From contig CAKOQV010000001.1 of NCBI GenBank assembly GCA_934101345.1, forward strand, positions 104,991 to 166,827: a stretch of DNA of 61,837 nucleotides. Reading direction: 5' to 3'. The notes under the pieces are model-generated. The model was not told the DNA's origin and ran no database searches. It saw nothing but the letters and a program-made list of their open reading frames with translations. Positions 9,843 to 18,920 of this stretch are shown piece after piece (positions within the stretch are counted from its first letter, which is position 1; each line of letters opens with the position of its first letter). A program made the position numbers and the translations under genes. Origin of the DNA: an uncultured Bacilli bacterium (GTDB taxonomy: Bacteria > Bacillota_I > Bacilli_A > RF39 > UBA660).

Positions 9843-10901
9843 ATGAAATTTATTGATAAATTAAAAGATTTATTCACTGATGAAGAAGAAGTGGTAGAAA
9901 CTAGTGAAATAGAATTAGAGAAGGAAGAAAAAGAAGAAGAACATAAGCTTCCTACTTTTATGAGAAATAAAATTGAACAAGAGGAAAAGAGAGAAGAAAT
10001 AAGAAAACAAAGAGAAGAAACACCGAAGGAAGATATAATTAGTGATAGAGAAATTGTTAAAACTAGGAGTAATAGTTTTTCATTTCCTATTGATATTGAT
10101 GATGAACAAACTCCAAGAACATTTGTAAATACATCTTCAAGTAATTATAATACTTATGGTGGTAATAAGAATGTTTTAGAAAAAGAGAAAAAAGTATCAG
10201 AGTTATATGCTAAGAAAGAGGAACCTAAGCCAAGAAAGTTTAAACCTACTCCTGTTATTTCTCCTGTATATGGTGTTCTTGATAAGAACTATACTAAAGA
10301 TGAAGTTAAAGTACAAGATGAGGATTCTTATGAAATAAAAAGACCTTCTAGAAAAGTTGATTTTGAAACAGTAAGAAATAAGGCTTTTGGTAGTTTAACT
10401 GATGATATAAGAAATAATTTGTGTGAAAACTGTGAATTATATAAAGAAGTAAAAATAACTAAAAATGCTGATAAGGCATTACTTAATGATGATAATCTTT
10501 TATCTGATATGACAAGAGATGATGTTAAAGATGTAACTTTAGAGGAAGCTGAAGATAATTATTTTGATTTTGGGGTAGATTATGAAATACCTAAAAAAGA
10601 AGAAAGACCTAATGTAGTTATTAATGCTGAAGAAGTTGAAGTTAAAGATAGTGATGTTAAAATAGTAAATCATAATGAACTTGAGAGTACTGCGGAGAAA
10701 ATAGAAGTAAAGGAGGAAACACCAAAAAGAACAACTAGAGTAGCTCCTAAAAAAGAATTAGATGATACAAAAGAATTTGAAAAAATATCTCCAGAAGAAA
10801 AGACAATAGATGAAGTTCTTAATAATAATAAAGATGTAAGTACTGATGCTGATAATGATATATTTAATTTAATTGATTCAATGTACGAAGGAGATGAGTA
10901 A
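9843..10901 (+). CDS. Glu/Lys/Asp-rich protein of unknown function
   Basis: Long low-complexity charged ORF. The ATG at 9843 is better spaced from GGGAG (9830-9834) than the track start at 9837. N-terminal amphipathic MKFIDKLKDLF. Confidence 0.6.
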   Translation: MKFIDKLKDLFTDEEEVVETSEIELEKEEKEEEHKLPTFMRNKIEQEEKREEIRKQREETPKEDIISDREIVKTRSNSFSFPIDIDDEQTPRTFVNTSSSNYNTYGGNKNVLEKEKKVSELYAKKEEPKPRKFKPTPVISPVYGVLDKNYTKDEVKVQDEDSYEIKRPSRKVDFETVRNKAFGSLTDDIRNNLCENCELYKEVKITKNADKALLNDDNLLSDMTRDDVKDVTLEEAEDNYFDFGVDYEIPKKEERPNVVINAEEVEVKDSDVKIVNHNELESTAEKIEVKEETPKRTTRVAPKKELDDTKEFEKISPEEKTIDEVLNNNKDVSTDADNDIFNLIDSMYEGDE

Positions 10902-10903
10902 TT

Positions 10904-11170
10904 GTGACTGCAAATGAAGTTTTACCAGTGATTTTGTATATATTGGGTGCTATTTTATTAGTAGCTTTAATAGTATTAACTGTAAAGTTAACAATAACTG
11001 TACATAAAATAGATAAAGTTGTTGATAATATTACTGAGAAAGTTACTGCTTTAGATGGAGTTTTTTCTGTTGTAAATGCAGTAAGTAATAAATTTACATT
11101 TATAACTGATAAAGTAGTTAACATAATTTATTCATTAATTGAAAAAATAACTAAAAGAAAGGAAGATTGA
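10904..11170 (+). CDS. small membrane-anchored coiled-coil protein (DUF948-like)
   Basis: GTG start, one N-terminal TM (VLPVILYILGAILLVALIVLTV) followed by a helical region. Paired with a YtxH-like gene, as in many Bacillota. Confidence 0.55.
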   Translation: MTANEVLPVILYILGAILLVALIVLTVKLTITVHKIDKVVDNITEKVTALDGVFSVVNAVSNKFTFITDKVVNIIYSLIEKITKRKED

Positions 11171-11173
11171 AGA

Positions 11174-11575
11174 ATGAGTAAAAAAGGAATTGGAAAGTTT
11201 GCTTTAGGTGCAGGAATTGGTGCTGGTTTGGCTTTATTATTTGCTCCTAAAAAAGGAAGTGACTTAAGACGTGATATTAAAAGAAAGTTTGATGATTTTA
11301 TGAGAGATGTAGATAAAATTGAAGTAGAAGACATTAAAGAAAGTTTTACTAAAAAAGTGGATGAAATAAAAAAAGAATTAAATGATTTAGATAAGGAAAA
11401 AGTAGAAAAAATAGCTAAGAAAAAAGCTAAAGAATTACAGAGAAAAGCTGAAGATTTAGTTGATTTAGCTAAAGAAAAGGGTACACCAGTACTTGAAGGA
11501 ATTGCTGATGATTTAAAACATAAAGTAATTTGTGTATGTACTGAAGTAATTAATAAATTAGAAAAAGGAGAATAG
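11174..11575 (+). CDS. YtxH domain protein (general-stress-like)
   Basis: N-terminus GKFALGAGIGAGLALLFAPKKGSDLRRDIK matches the YtxH signature, followed by a charged coiled coil. Confidence 0.7.
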   Translation: MSKKGIGKFALGAGIGAGLALLFAPKKGSDLRRDIKRKFDDFMRDVDKIEVEDIKESFTKKVDEIKKELNDLDKEKVEKIAKKKAKELQRKAEDLVDLAKEKGTPVLEGIADDLKHKVICVCTEVINKLEKGE

Positions 11576-11596
11576 TCAGAAGTGATTATTCTTTTT
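11570..11596 (+). terminator. intrinsic terminator after the ytxH-like gene
   Basis: GAATAGTCA-gaag-TGATTATTC followed by TTTTT. Confidence 0.7.
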
Positions 11597-11613
11597 CTAG
11601 AAAGGATGATAAA

Positions 11614-12360
11614 ATGAAAGTGTTAATAACTGGTGCTTCTTCGGGAATGGGCCGTGATATGGCTAGATATTTAAGTACATATAATTTTGATTTGTTTCTG
11701 GTAGCTAAAGATAGAAAAGTATTAGATAAGGAATTTAGAGATTATAAAAATAATATTAAGACTTATGGTTATGATTTATCTAAGGAAGAAGAATGTATAA
11801 AATTATATAAAGAAATAAGAAATGAAAATATTGATATATTAATAAATAATGCTGGATTTGGTGATGCTGGTAATTTTAGTGAAACTAATTTAGATAAAGA
11901 AATGAATATGATTGATTTAAATATAAAAGCTTATCATATCCTTACTAAATTATTTTTAAGAGATTTTGTTAAGAGAGATTATGGTAGAATATTAAATGTT
12001 GCTTCGATGGCAGGTTTTATGCCTGGACCGTATATGGCTACTTATTATGCCACTAAAAACTATGTAGTAAGTTTATCGTTAGCTATATATGAGGAACTTA
12101 AAAAAGACAAATCAAATGTAGGAATATCTGTTTTTTGTCCTGGACCAGTAAAAACAAACTTTAATAATGTTGCTAATGTTAAATTTAATATTTCTTCACT
12201 TACTAGTGAATATGCTAGTAGATATGCTATAGATAATATGTTTAAAAATAAGCTGATTATAATACCTCCTAATATGAAATTTAATTATTTACTTGTTAAA
12301 GTAATGCCTAAAAAGTTTGTATTAGCAATAAATAGTTTAATAGAGGAAAGAGATTCTTAA
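11614..12360 (+). CDS. short-chain dehydrogenase/reductase (SDR) family oxidoreductase
   Basis: VLITGASSGMG cofactor motif, NNAG, and the catalytic S...YxxxK (YYATK). Confidence 0.85.
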   Translation: MKVLITGASSGMGRDMARYLSTYNFDLFLVAKDRKVLDKEFRDYKNNIKTYGYDLSKEEECIKLYKEIRNENIDILINNAGFGDAGNFSETNLDKEMNMIDLNIKAYHILTKLFLRDFVKRDYGRILNVASMAGFMPGPYMATYYATKNYVVSLSLAIYEELKKDKSNVGISVFCPGPVKTNFNNVANVKFNISSLTSEYASRYAIDNMFKNKLIIIPPNMKFNYLLVKVMPKKFVLAINSLIEERDS

Positions 12361-12417
12361 TAATTTCTTTCTTTTTTTCTTAAAATATTATATAATTAGT
12401 AGGAAAGAAGGGATACT

Positions 12418-13362
12418 ATGAGTTTTACTAGTACAGTAAAGGATGAAGTTACAAGACTTGATACTACGAGATTAGAGGATATATCTGAGTTATCTGCAAT
12501 ATTTAGAATAACTGCTAATATAGATGATAGTATTGTTTTATCTTTAGAAAATAATGCGGTAGCAAGAAGATGTTTTAAATTAATTAAAAATATATATAAT
12601 ATAACGCCTAGTATTACAGTTAGAAATAAAAAATTGGGTAAGGGATTTACTTATATATTAACAATTAATAATAATGTTAGTGAATTACTTGAGGATTTAT
12701 CAATTTTAGATAATAATAAATATTTATCAGTACCTAAAGAATACATAGTATCCGATGAAGATAGTTTAAGAGCCTATTTACGAGGAGTATTTTTAGTATC
12801 TGGTTCTGTAAATGATCCTAAAACATCTAGATATCACTTAGAATTTGTATTGGATACTAAAGATTATTCTGAATTTATAAATAAATTATTAAATAGTTAT
12901 GATCTTAATAGTAAGGTAATAAAAAGAGAAAGAAACTATACTGTTTATATAAAGGAAGCTGAAAAAATAAGTGATTTTTTAAGAGTAATAAAAGCTTTTT
13001 CTGCTGTTATGTATTTTGAAGATATAAGAATATATCGCGACCATAAAAATATGACTAATCGTCTTAATAATTGTGAACAGGCTAATATAGATAAAATATT
13101 TTTAACTGCTTCAAATCAGGTTAAAGATATTGAAAAATTATATGAGTTAGATATGGTAGATACTTTAGATGATAAATTAAAAGAAGTAATAGAATATCGT
13201 ATGAAATATAAGGAAAGCTCGCTAAGTGAACTTGCTAATATTATTTCTTTAGAGACGGGTGTAGAAATAACAAAATCAGGATTAAATCATAGATTTAGAA
13301 AAATTAAAGAAATATTAGAAAAATATTTGAAAGAAAAAGAAGAAAAAAATGTCGAAAAGTAG
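12418..13362 (+). CDS. whiA: DNA-binding protein WhiA
   Basis: Characteristic N-terminus MSFTSTVKDEV, LAGLIDADG-derived middle region (YLRGVFLVSGSVNDP) and C-terminal HTH (ITKSGLNHRFRKI). Confidence 0.92.
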   Translation: MSFTSTVKDEVTRLDTTRLEDISELSAIFRITANIDDSIVLSLENNAVARRCFKLIKNIYNITPSITVRNKKLGKGFTYILTINNNVSELLEDLSILDNNKYLSVPKEYIVSDEDSLRAYLRGVFLVSGSVNDPKTSRYHLEFVLDTKDYSEFINKLLNSYDLNSKVIKRERNYTVYIKEAEKISDFLRVIKAFSAVMYFEDIRIYRDHKNMTNRLNNCEQANIDKIFLTASNQVKDIEKLYELDMVDTLDDKLKEVIEYRMKYKESSLSELANIISLETGVEITKSGLNHRFRKIKEILEKYLKEKEEKNVEK

Positions 13363-13391
13363 TTGACAAATACTAAAAAAAATTATATAAT
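13363..13391 (+). promoter_or_regulatory. consensus sigma-A type promoter (TTGACA-17 nt-TATAAT)
   Basis: TTGACA at 13363-13368 and TATAAT at 13386-13391 with a 17-nt spacer. Begins 1 nt after the whiA stop codon. Confidence 0.7.
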
Positions 13392-13397
13392 TATGTT

Positions 13398-13676
13398 GTC
13401 TAATAGATAAGCGTGATAGCACTATGATAAATACTATAACGAAGTTTGTTTGGTATTGACTAAATAGAAGTATTATTTGGTTGTTAGTGTATGGCGTATT
13501 TAATGGGTGTTAAAGTAGAGACTTTAATTTCTTATCTTACTATTAGATATGCATATATGTATGAGAGAAGTAACTCATTAGATAAGAGGTTGGTTGTATT
13601 AACTGACATTAATATGATTTAACTATTCGTAAACTTGAGAATGTACTATTTGTCAGATAGTATGTTCTTTTCTTTT
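13398..13676 (+). ncRNA. candidate structured non-coding transcript or cis-regulatory leader, class unknown
   Basis: Bounded by the consensus promoter and an intrinsic terminator. No ORF with an SD. Internal complementary segments exist, e.g. TCTTATCT (about 13531) with AGATAAGA (about 13580). Confidence 0.4.
13638..13676 (+). terminator. intrinsic terminator
   Basis: 12-bp stem (agaatgtactat / atagtatgttct, including 2 G-U pairs), 7-nt loop, then TTTCTTTT. Confidence 0.7.
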
Positions 13677-13717
13677 ACTATAAATTATGCTATACTATTT
13701 GCGAAAGAAGTGATACT

Positions 13718-15889
13718 ATGAAAGAACTATTAAGTCCTGCGGGAAATATGAAGTGTCTAAAAGCTGCTATTCATAATGGAGCGGATGCTATCTATCTAGG
13801 AGGTAAATCTTTTGGAGCCCGTGCCTTTGCGGGTAATTTTACTAATGAAGAGTTAAAAGAAGCTGTTTGTTATTCTCACTTATATGGTGTAAAAATATAT
13901 GTAACAGTAAATACCATTATCTATAATAATGAGGTAAAAGATTTCCTAGAATATATAAAATATCTATATCAAATAGGCATAGATGCTTTAATAATGCAAG
14001 ATATAGGTATGATATCCTTAGTAAGGAAAATGTTTCCTAATATAGAAGTTCATGCTTCAACACAGTGTCATAACCACAATGATGAAGGTATTAAATTGTT
14101 AAAAGAACTTGGAGTAACAAGAGTAGTACTTGATAGAGAAATGTCACTAAAAGAAATAGAGAACATAAGTGTAGATATCGAAAAAGAAGTATTTATACAT
14201 GGAGCTTTATGTAATTCATATTCTGGCTGCTGTTTATTTAGTTTTATGAATGGTGGAAGAAGTGGTAATAGAGGGGAATGTACACAAGTTTGTAGACTAC
14301 CATTTAAATTAATAAAAAATGGTAAATGCATAGATACTCCAAATAAATACTTACTTAGTACTAAAGAATTAAATACCTTTAACAATTTTGATAAATTACT
14401 AGATTCAGATATTATAAGTTTCAAAATAGAGGGAAGAATGAAGTCACCAAGTTATGTTGGCTATGTAACAAGACTATATCGTAAATTAATAGATAATCAT
14501 GCTAATAAAGTAACTAGTGAAGAAGAAAATAATCTAAAAATACTATTCAATAGAGATTTTACCAGTGGTTATTTATTTAATGATAAAGTAATGAATACTA
14601 GTACTTCCAACCATCAGGGATTAGAAATAGGAAAAGTACTCGAAGTAACTCCTAAAAAGATAAAAGTTAAATTAATAAATAACTTATATCAAGAAGATGG
14701 TATTAGGTTTAAAAATAGTAACTTAGGTATGATAGCCAATTTCATATATAATGAAAAAGGCCTACTTATAAATACTGCTAATAAAGGAGATATAATCTAT
14801 CTAGATAATAAAATAAATTTAAAAGAAAAAGATATACTTATTAAAACTTCTAGTGGGCATCTAGATGAAGAAATCCTATCTACAAGTGAAAAGAAAATAA
14901 TTATAACTATTGATGTATCACAAAAAAATGATTATCTAGAAATAACATTTAAAGATAGTAATGGTAATAAGGTTAGTGATAGAGTAAAAGTAGAAGTACC
15001 ACAGAAAAGACCTACAACTTGTGAAGAAATAGAAGAAAAACTAACTAAACTAGGAAATACTCCATTTATATGTAGTAAGATAAACATAAATATAAATAAA
15101 GATATCTTTGTTAATATGAAAGATTTAAATAATATAAGAAGATTACTTTCAGATAAACTAATAGAAGCAAGAACTAGTATTAAGAGAGATATTATCATTA
15201 ATGGATATCCATTAGATTATAAAGAAGAAACAAACTACCATAACGAAATATCCGTTCTTGCCAGAAATAAAGACCAAGTAGAAGCTTCTCTTACTATGAA
15301 TGTTGATAGAATATACCTGAATAGTGATTTATATGAAGAATATAGTGGTAACGATAAAGTATACCTAAGACTAGAAAGAGTAAATAGTACTTATGACTAT
15401 ACTAGTAATAATATCCTTGCTACTGAATTGGGAGCTATAAATAAGTATAAAAATAGTAATTTAATTAGTGATTACTATTTAAATGTAGTAAATAACTATA
15501 GTATTAAGTTTTTACTTGATAATGGTGTTAAAAGAGTAACATTATCCCCAGAAATAAATTATAACTATCTAGATGATTACATCAAAGATAAAGTAGAAAT
15601 TATTATCTATGGTACTATTGAAAATATGCTTACCAAGTCCTGTCCAATCAAAGAACTAAAGATGTGTCCATGTAAGAAAGAGGATATTTATTTTCTAGAG
15701 GATATAAATAAAAATAGATATAGAATACTTCATAATAATTGCTTAACTCATATTATGCACTATAAAAAAATAAATTATATAGACAATATAGACTACTATA
15801 AAAATATTGGTATTAGATCATTTAGATTAGAATTACTTGATGAAAATTATGATGAAGTGATTAAATTAATTAATGAAATAAAGAAATAA
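13718..15889 (+). CDS. peptidase U32 family protein (collagenase-like/RNA hydroxylation family), long form
   Basis: N-terminus ELLSPAGNMKCLKAAIHNGADAIYLGG, plus HASTQ and EGRMKS motifs and a Cys-rich segment (CNSYSGCC...EC). Confidence 0.9.
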   Translation: MKELLSPAGNMKCLKAAIHNGADAIYLGGKSFGARAFAGNFTNEELKEAVCYSHLYGVKIYVTVNTIIYNNEVKDFLEYIKYLYQIGIDALIMQDIGMISLVRKMFPNIEVHASTQCHNHNDEGIKLLKELGVTRVVLDREMSLKEIENISVDIEKEVFIHGALCNSYSGCCLFSFMNGGRSGNRGECTQVCRLPFKLIKNGKCIDTPNKYLLSTKELNTFNNFDKLLDSDIISFKIEGRMKSPSYVGYVTRLYRKLIDNHANKVTSEEENNLKILFNRDFTSGYLFNDKVMNTSTSNHQGLEIGKVLEVTPKKIKVKLINNLYQEDGIRFKNSNLGMIANFIYNEKGLLINTANKGDIIYLDNKINLKEKDILIKTSSGHLDEEILSTSEKKIIITIDVSQKNDYLEITFKDSNGNKVSDRVKVEVPQKRPTTCEEIEEKLTKLGNTPFICSKINININKDIFVNMKDLNNIRRLLSDKLIEARTSIKRDIIINGYPLDYKEETNYHNEISVLARNKDQVEASLTMNVDRIYLNSDLYEEYSGNDKVYLRLERVNSTYDYTSNNILATELGAINKYKNSNLISDYYLNVVNNYSIKFLLDNGVKRVTLSPEINYNYLDDYIKDKVEIIIYGTIENMLTKSCPIKELKMCPCKKEDIYFLEDINKNRYRILHNNCLTHIMHYKKINYIDNIDYYKNIGIRSFRLELLDENYDEVIKLINEIKK

Positions 15890-15930
15890 TATATAAAATA
15901 TTTATATAGTAATAAATGACCAAAAATATT

Positions 15931-15985
15931 CTTTAGGGAGACTGTAAGGTTCACTAAAGCCTCTTAAAACTACAGGTTTAAGAGG
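15931..15985 (-). repeat. REP-like double-hairpin intergenic repeat, copy 3
   Basis: CCTCTTAAA/TTTAAGAGG hairpin whose loop on the minus strand is CCTGTAGT, plus a second weaker CTTTAG/CTAAAG hairpin. Confidence 0.6.
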
Positions 15986-16006
15986 AAAAAAATAATGCAA
16001 TACCAG

Positions 16007-16035
16007 TTGACAAATCAAATATTTAGTCATATAAT
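16007..16035 (+). promoter_or_regulatory. consensus sigma-A type promoter of the thrS leader
   Basis: TTGACA at 16007-16012, 17-nt spacer, TATAAT at 16030-16035. Confidence 0.75.
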
Positions 16036-16041
16036 TAATAC

Positions 16042-16241
16042 ATATTCAATGCAATGATGAGGACACGATTATATATATTTTATTCATAGAGAGTTAGTGG
16101 CTGGTGTAAACTAATAATAAAAATATATAATTACTACCTTAGAGTGAAATGCAAACATTTCCGGTTAATAGCCGTTATCGAAATTAAGACCCAAGAAGGA
16201 TGGTACCGAGATAGTATTCTCTCCTTTGAAAGGTCTTTTTT
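16042..16241 (+). promoter_or_regulatory. T-box riboswitch leader (threonine specifier)
   Basis: Stem I elements (TGATGAGG, AGAGAG, GGTGTAA) and a candidate ACC/ACU specifier in ttACTACCtt. T-box sequence GGATGGTACCGAG at 16198-16210, then a terminator ending GGTCTTTTTT at 16241. Confidence 0.85.
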
Positions 16242-16263
16242 CATTAAAGGGAGGTTTTAAAAA

Positions 16264-16512
16264 ATGAAAAATACTTACATACCAGTAGAGGTAGTGCAAG
16301 AAGGTAAAAGAATTAGATGGCAAATGGATGTAACAAATTTGGGACTTGAAGAGTTAATACTATTGAAAAATCAATTAAGTGGTGTATCAGTAGACTGCTT
16401 GGAGGCTGTTATTTATGATAGAACTTGTTCATCAACTTTTATATGTCAATTACATGAAGAAAAAAAACAAATAGGTAAAAGAAGAATTCAAAAGAAAATA
16501 AGAAGGAGATAG
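16264..16512 (+). CDS. small protein of unknown function with a strongly basic C-terminus
   Basis: 82-aa ORF with a strong RBS (AAAGGGAGG, 8 nt before the ATG). Lies between the T-box terminator and thrS and ends 5 nt before the thrS start. C-terminus [16 protein letters not shown]. Confidence 0.5.
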   Translation: MKNTYIPVEVVQEGKRIRWQMDVTNLGLEELILLKNQLSGVSVDCLEAVIYDRTCSSTFICQLHEEKKQIGKRRIQKKIRRR

Positions 16513-16517
16513 ATAAT

Positions 16518-18272
16518 ATGATAAATATTAAAGAAAATGAAGATTTAAGTAGACTAAATCACTCTTGTGCTCACTTGCTTGCACAAGCTGTAAAACACTT
16601 ATATCCAAATGCTAAATTTTGGGTAGGACCAGTAATTGAAGAGGGATTCTATTACGATATCGATTTAGGAGATGAAGTAATAAAAGAAGAAGACTTACCA
16701 AAGATCGAAAAAGAAATGAAAAAAATATCTAAAGATGGTAAGAGAATATTAAGACATGAACTAACTAAAAAAGAAGCACTAGAAATGTTTCATGATGATC
16801 CATATAAAATAGATTTAATTAGTAGAATGGATGAAAATGAACAAGTAATATCTTGTTATACTCAAGGAGACTTCACTGACCTTTGTCGTGGGCCTCATGT
16901 TGATACAGTAAAAGAATTAAAATACTTCAAACTAATCAAAGTATCCGGAGCCTATTGGAAGGCCGATTCAAATAATAAGATGCTTCAGAGAATATATGGA
17001 GTATGCTTTAGAAATGAAGAAGACTTAAATAATTATCTTCAAGAACTTGAAGATCGTAAAGCAAGAGATCATAGAAAGATAGGTAAAGACTTAGATATCT
17101 TTATGAATCATGATCTAGTAGGTAAGGGAATGCCTTTATGGTTACCAAATGGTTCAATAGTAAGAAAAGAATTAGAAAATTATATCTATCATAAAGAGCA
17201 GAAGTTAGGTTATTCTCATGTGTATACACCTTGTGTTGGAACAGTAGACTTATATAAGACTTCAGGTCATTGGGATCATTATAAGGAAAATATGTTTCCT
17301 TCAATGAAAGTAGATGATGAAGAATTTGTACTAAGACCAATGAACTGTCCACATCATATGTTAATCTATGGAAATACAATCCATTCATACCGTGAATTAC
17401 CAATCAAAATAGGAGAGTTTGCTACTGACTTTAGATATGAAGCTTCAGGAGCAGTAAAGGGTCTAGAAAGAGTAAGATGTATGTGTCAAAATGATGCTCA
17501 TCTATTCGTAAGACCAGATCAAATAAAAGAACAGTTCAAAGAAGTAGTAAGCTTAATACTAGATGTCTATAGGGACTTTGGCTTAAAAAATTATACTTTC
17601 AGATTATCCCTTAGAGATCCTGAAGATAAACATAAATACTTTGATGATGATGAAATGTGGAATAATGCTGAAAATGAATTAAGAGAAGTACTTAATGAGA
17701 TAGGAGTACCATATCATGAAGCTATCGGAGAAGCAGCCTTCTATGGACCTAAATTAGATGTTGAAGTAAAACCAGCAGTAGGTCCTGAAGTAACTCTATC
17801 AACTTGTCAATTAGATTTCTTATTACCAAGAAGATTTAACTTATCATATATAGATAGTAATGGTGAAAAGAAAGTACCAGTAGTTCTACATAGAGCTATA
17901 TTTGGAACATTTGATAGATTTACTGCTTTCATTCTTGAAGAAACAAAAGGAGCCCTTCCATTATGGTTATCTCCAGTACAAATAAATATTATCCCAGTAA
18001 ATAATGAATATCACTTAGAATATGCTACTAATTTATTAAATAAACTAAGAGATAAAGAGTTCCGTGTGGAATTAGATTCTCGTGATGAAAAAATGGGTTA
18101 TAAAATAAGAGAGGCTCAAACTAGAAAGATACCATACACTCTAGTTCTAGGTAATAATGAAAGAGACAACGATACCATAACATATCGTAAATATGGTGAA
18201 GAATCTACTACTACAATGAGTACTGAAGAATTTATTACTATGATTGAAAAACAAATAAAAGAATATAAATAA
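16518..18272 (+). CDS. thrS: threonine--tRNA ligase lacking the N-terminal TGS domain
   Basis: 584 aa beginning at the editing-domain motif ([11 protein letters not shown]). Class II motifs are present ([35 protein letters not shown]), as is the anticodon-binding C-terminus. Confidence 0.95.
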   Translation: MINIKENEDLSRLNHSCAHLLAQAVKHLYPNAKFWVGPVIEEGFYYDIDLGDEVIKEEDLPKIEKEMKKISKDGKRILRHELTKKEALEMFHDDPYKIDLISRMDENEQVISCYTQGDFTDLCRGPHVDTVKELKYFKLIKVSGAYWKADSNNKMLQRIYGVCFRNEEDLNNYLQELEDRKARDHRKIGKDLDIFMNHDLVGKGMPLWLPNGSIVRKELENYIYHKEQKLGYSHVYTPCVGTVDLYKTSGHWDHYKENMFPSMKVDDEEFVLRPMNCPHHMLIYGNTIHSYRELPIKIGEFATDFRYEASGAVKGLERVRCMCQNDAHLFVRPDQIKEQFKEVVSLILDVYRDFGLKNYTFRLSLRDPEDKHKYFDDDEMWNNAENELREVLNEIGVPYHEAIGEAAFYGPKLDVEVKPAVGPEVTLSTCQLDFLLPRRFNLSYIDSNGEKKVPVVLHRAIFGTFDRFTAFILEETKGALPLWLSPVQINIIPVNNEYHLEYATNLLNKLRDKEFRVELDSRDEKMGYKIREAQTRKIPYTLVLGNNERDNDTITYRKYGEESTTTMSTEEFITMIEKQIKEYK

Positions 18273-18326
18273 CATGAAAATGTAAGGTAATAATTACTTT
18301 ACATTTTCTATATAAAAGGAGAAATT

Positions 18327-18842
18327 ATGACAAAAGAAGAACTATTGCAAAAATTAACAATAGTTAGTATGAATCATGCTGGTATTACTGCCTTAGATAA
18401 ACCAATTATAGGCACTCATTCTTTAGCTACTTGTCTTGGAATACTTCTATATGATGAAGAACAGAAAATTGCTATTGTTGCTCATGCTACTACTGGGGAT
18501 CCTAATATAGCTATGAATGAGGTATTAACTATCATTAAAGAAAATAATTTAGAATTTGCTAAATTTAAATATAAAGTATTTGATGGTTATTACAAAGAAG
18601 GGGCAGAATTTTATCATACTAAAGAAGAGATTGTTAAATATATAAGGCTTAATATATTATTTAATATACCATTTAGTGAAGAGGAAATACCAAATACTGC
18701 TCTTATAAAGAATCCTAATCTTGAAGCCAACGAATTCTATTTTGATGCTTCGACTGGTAAGTTCGTAACTAGTGAGGTATTAGCACTTCTACTAGAAGAT
18801 AGCACTATTACTGAAGATGTAACTAAACCAAGACATAGATAA
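18327..18842 (+). CDS. CheD-like (Cys/His deamidase fold) protein, orphan
   Basis: SLATCLGILLYDEEQKIAIVAHA resembles the CheD LGSCVxxxLxDxxxKIxGMxH block. C-terminal FYFDASTGKFVT resembles CheD IEFDPSTG. No chemotaxis genes nearby. Confidence 0.5.
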   Translation: MTKEELLQKLTIVSMNHAGITALDKPIIGTHSLATCLGILLYDEEQKIAIVAHATTGDPNIAMNEVLTIIKENNLEFAKFKYKVFDGYYKEGAEFYHTKEEIVKYIRLNILFNIPFSEEEIPNTALIKNPNLEANEFYFDASTGKFVTSEVLALLLEDSTITEDVTKPRHR

Positions 18843-18855
18843 TAAATATAAAAGT

Positions 18856-18887
18856 GTGTAAAGTATAATAATTACTTTGCATTTTTT
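18856..18887 (+). terminator. intrinsic terminator, a near-duplicate of the hairpin at 18276-18308
   Basis: Stem gtgtaaag/ctttgcat with loop tataataatta, followed by a T6 run. Shares the 21-mer taataattactttRcattttt with 18288-18308. Confidence 0.65.
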
Positions 18888-18920
18888 CTATCTATTTGCT
18901 ATAATATAAGTGGAGGTAAT

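Noticed and set aside
13491-13622. 43-aa ORF (MAYLMGVKVETLISYLTIRYAYMYERSNSLDKRLVVLTDINMI) inside the promoter-terminator unit.
   Set aside because: It has no Shine-Dalgarno sequence upstream, whereas nearly every real gene here has a strong GGAGG-type RBS. It has no recognisable features. I kept it only as an alternative explanation in the finding.
12398-13720. Shared 18-nt start context gaaagaagNgatactatg upstream of both whiA (about 12403-12420) and the U32 gene (about 13703-13720).
   Set aside because: The match covers only the purine-rich RBS and start codon. Similar AG-rich strings precede many genes, so it is probably a translation-signal similarity rather than a regulatory repeat.
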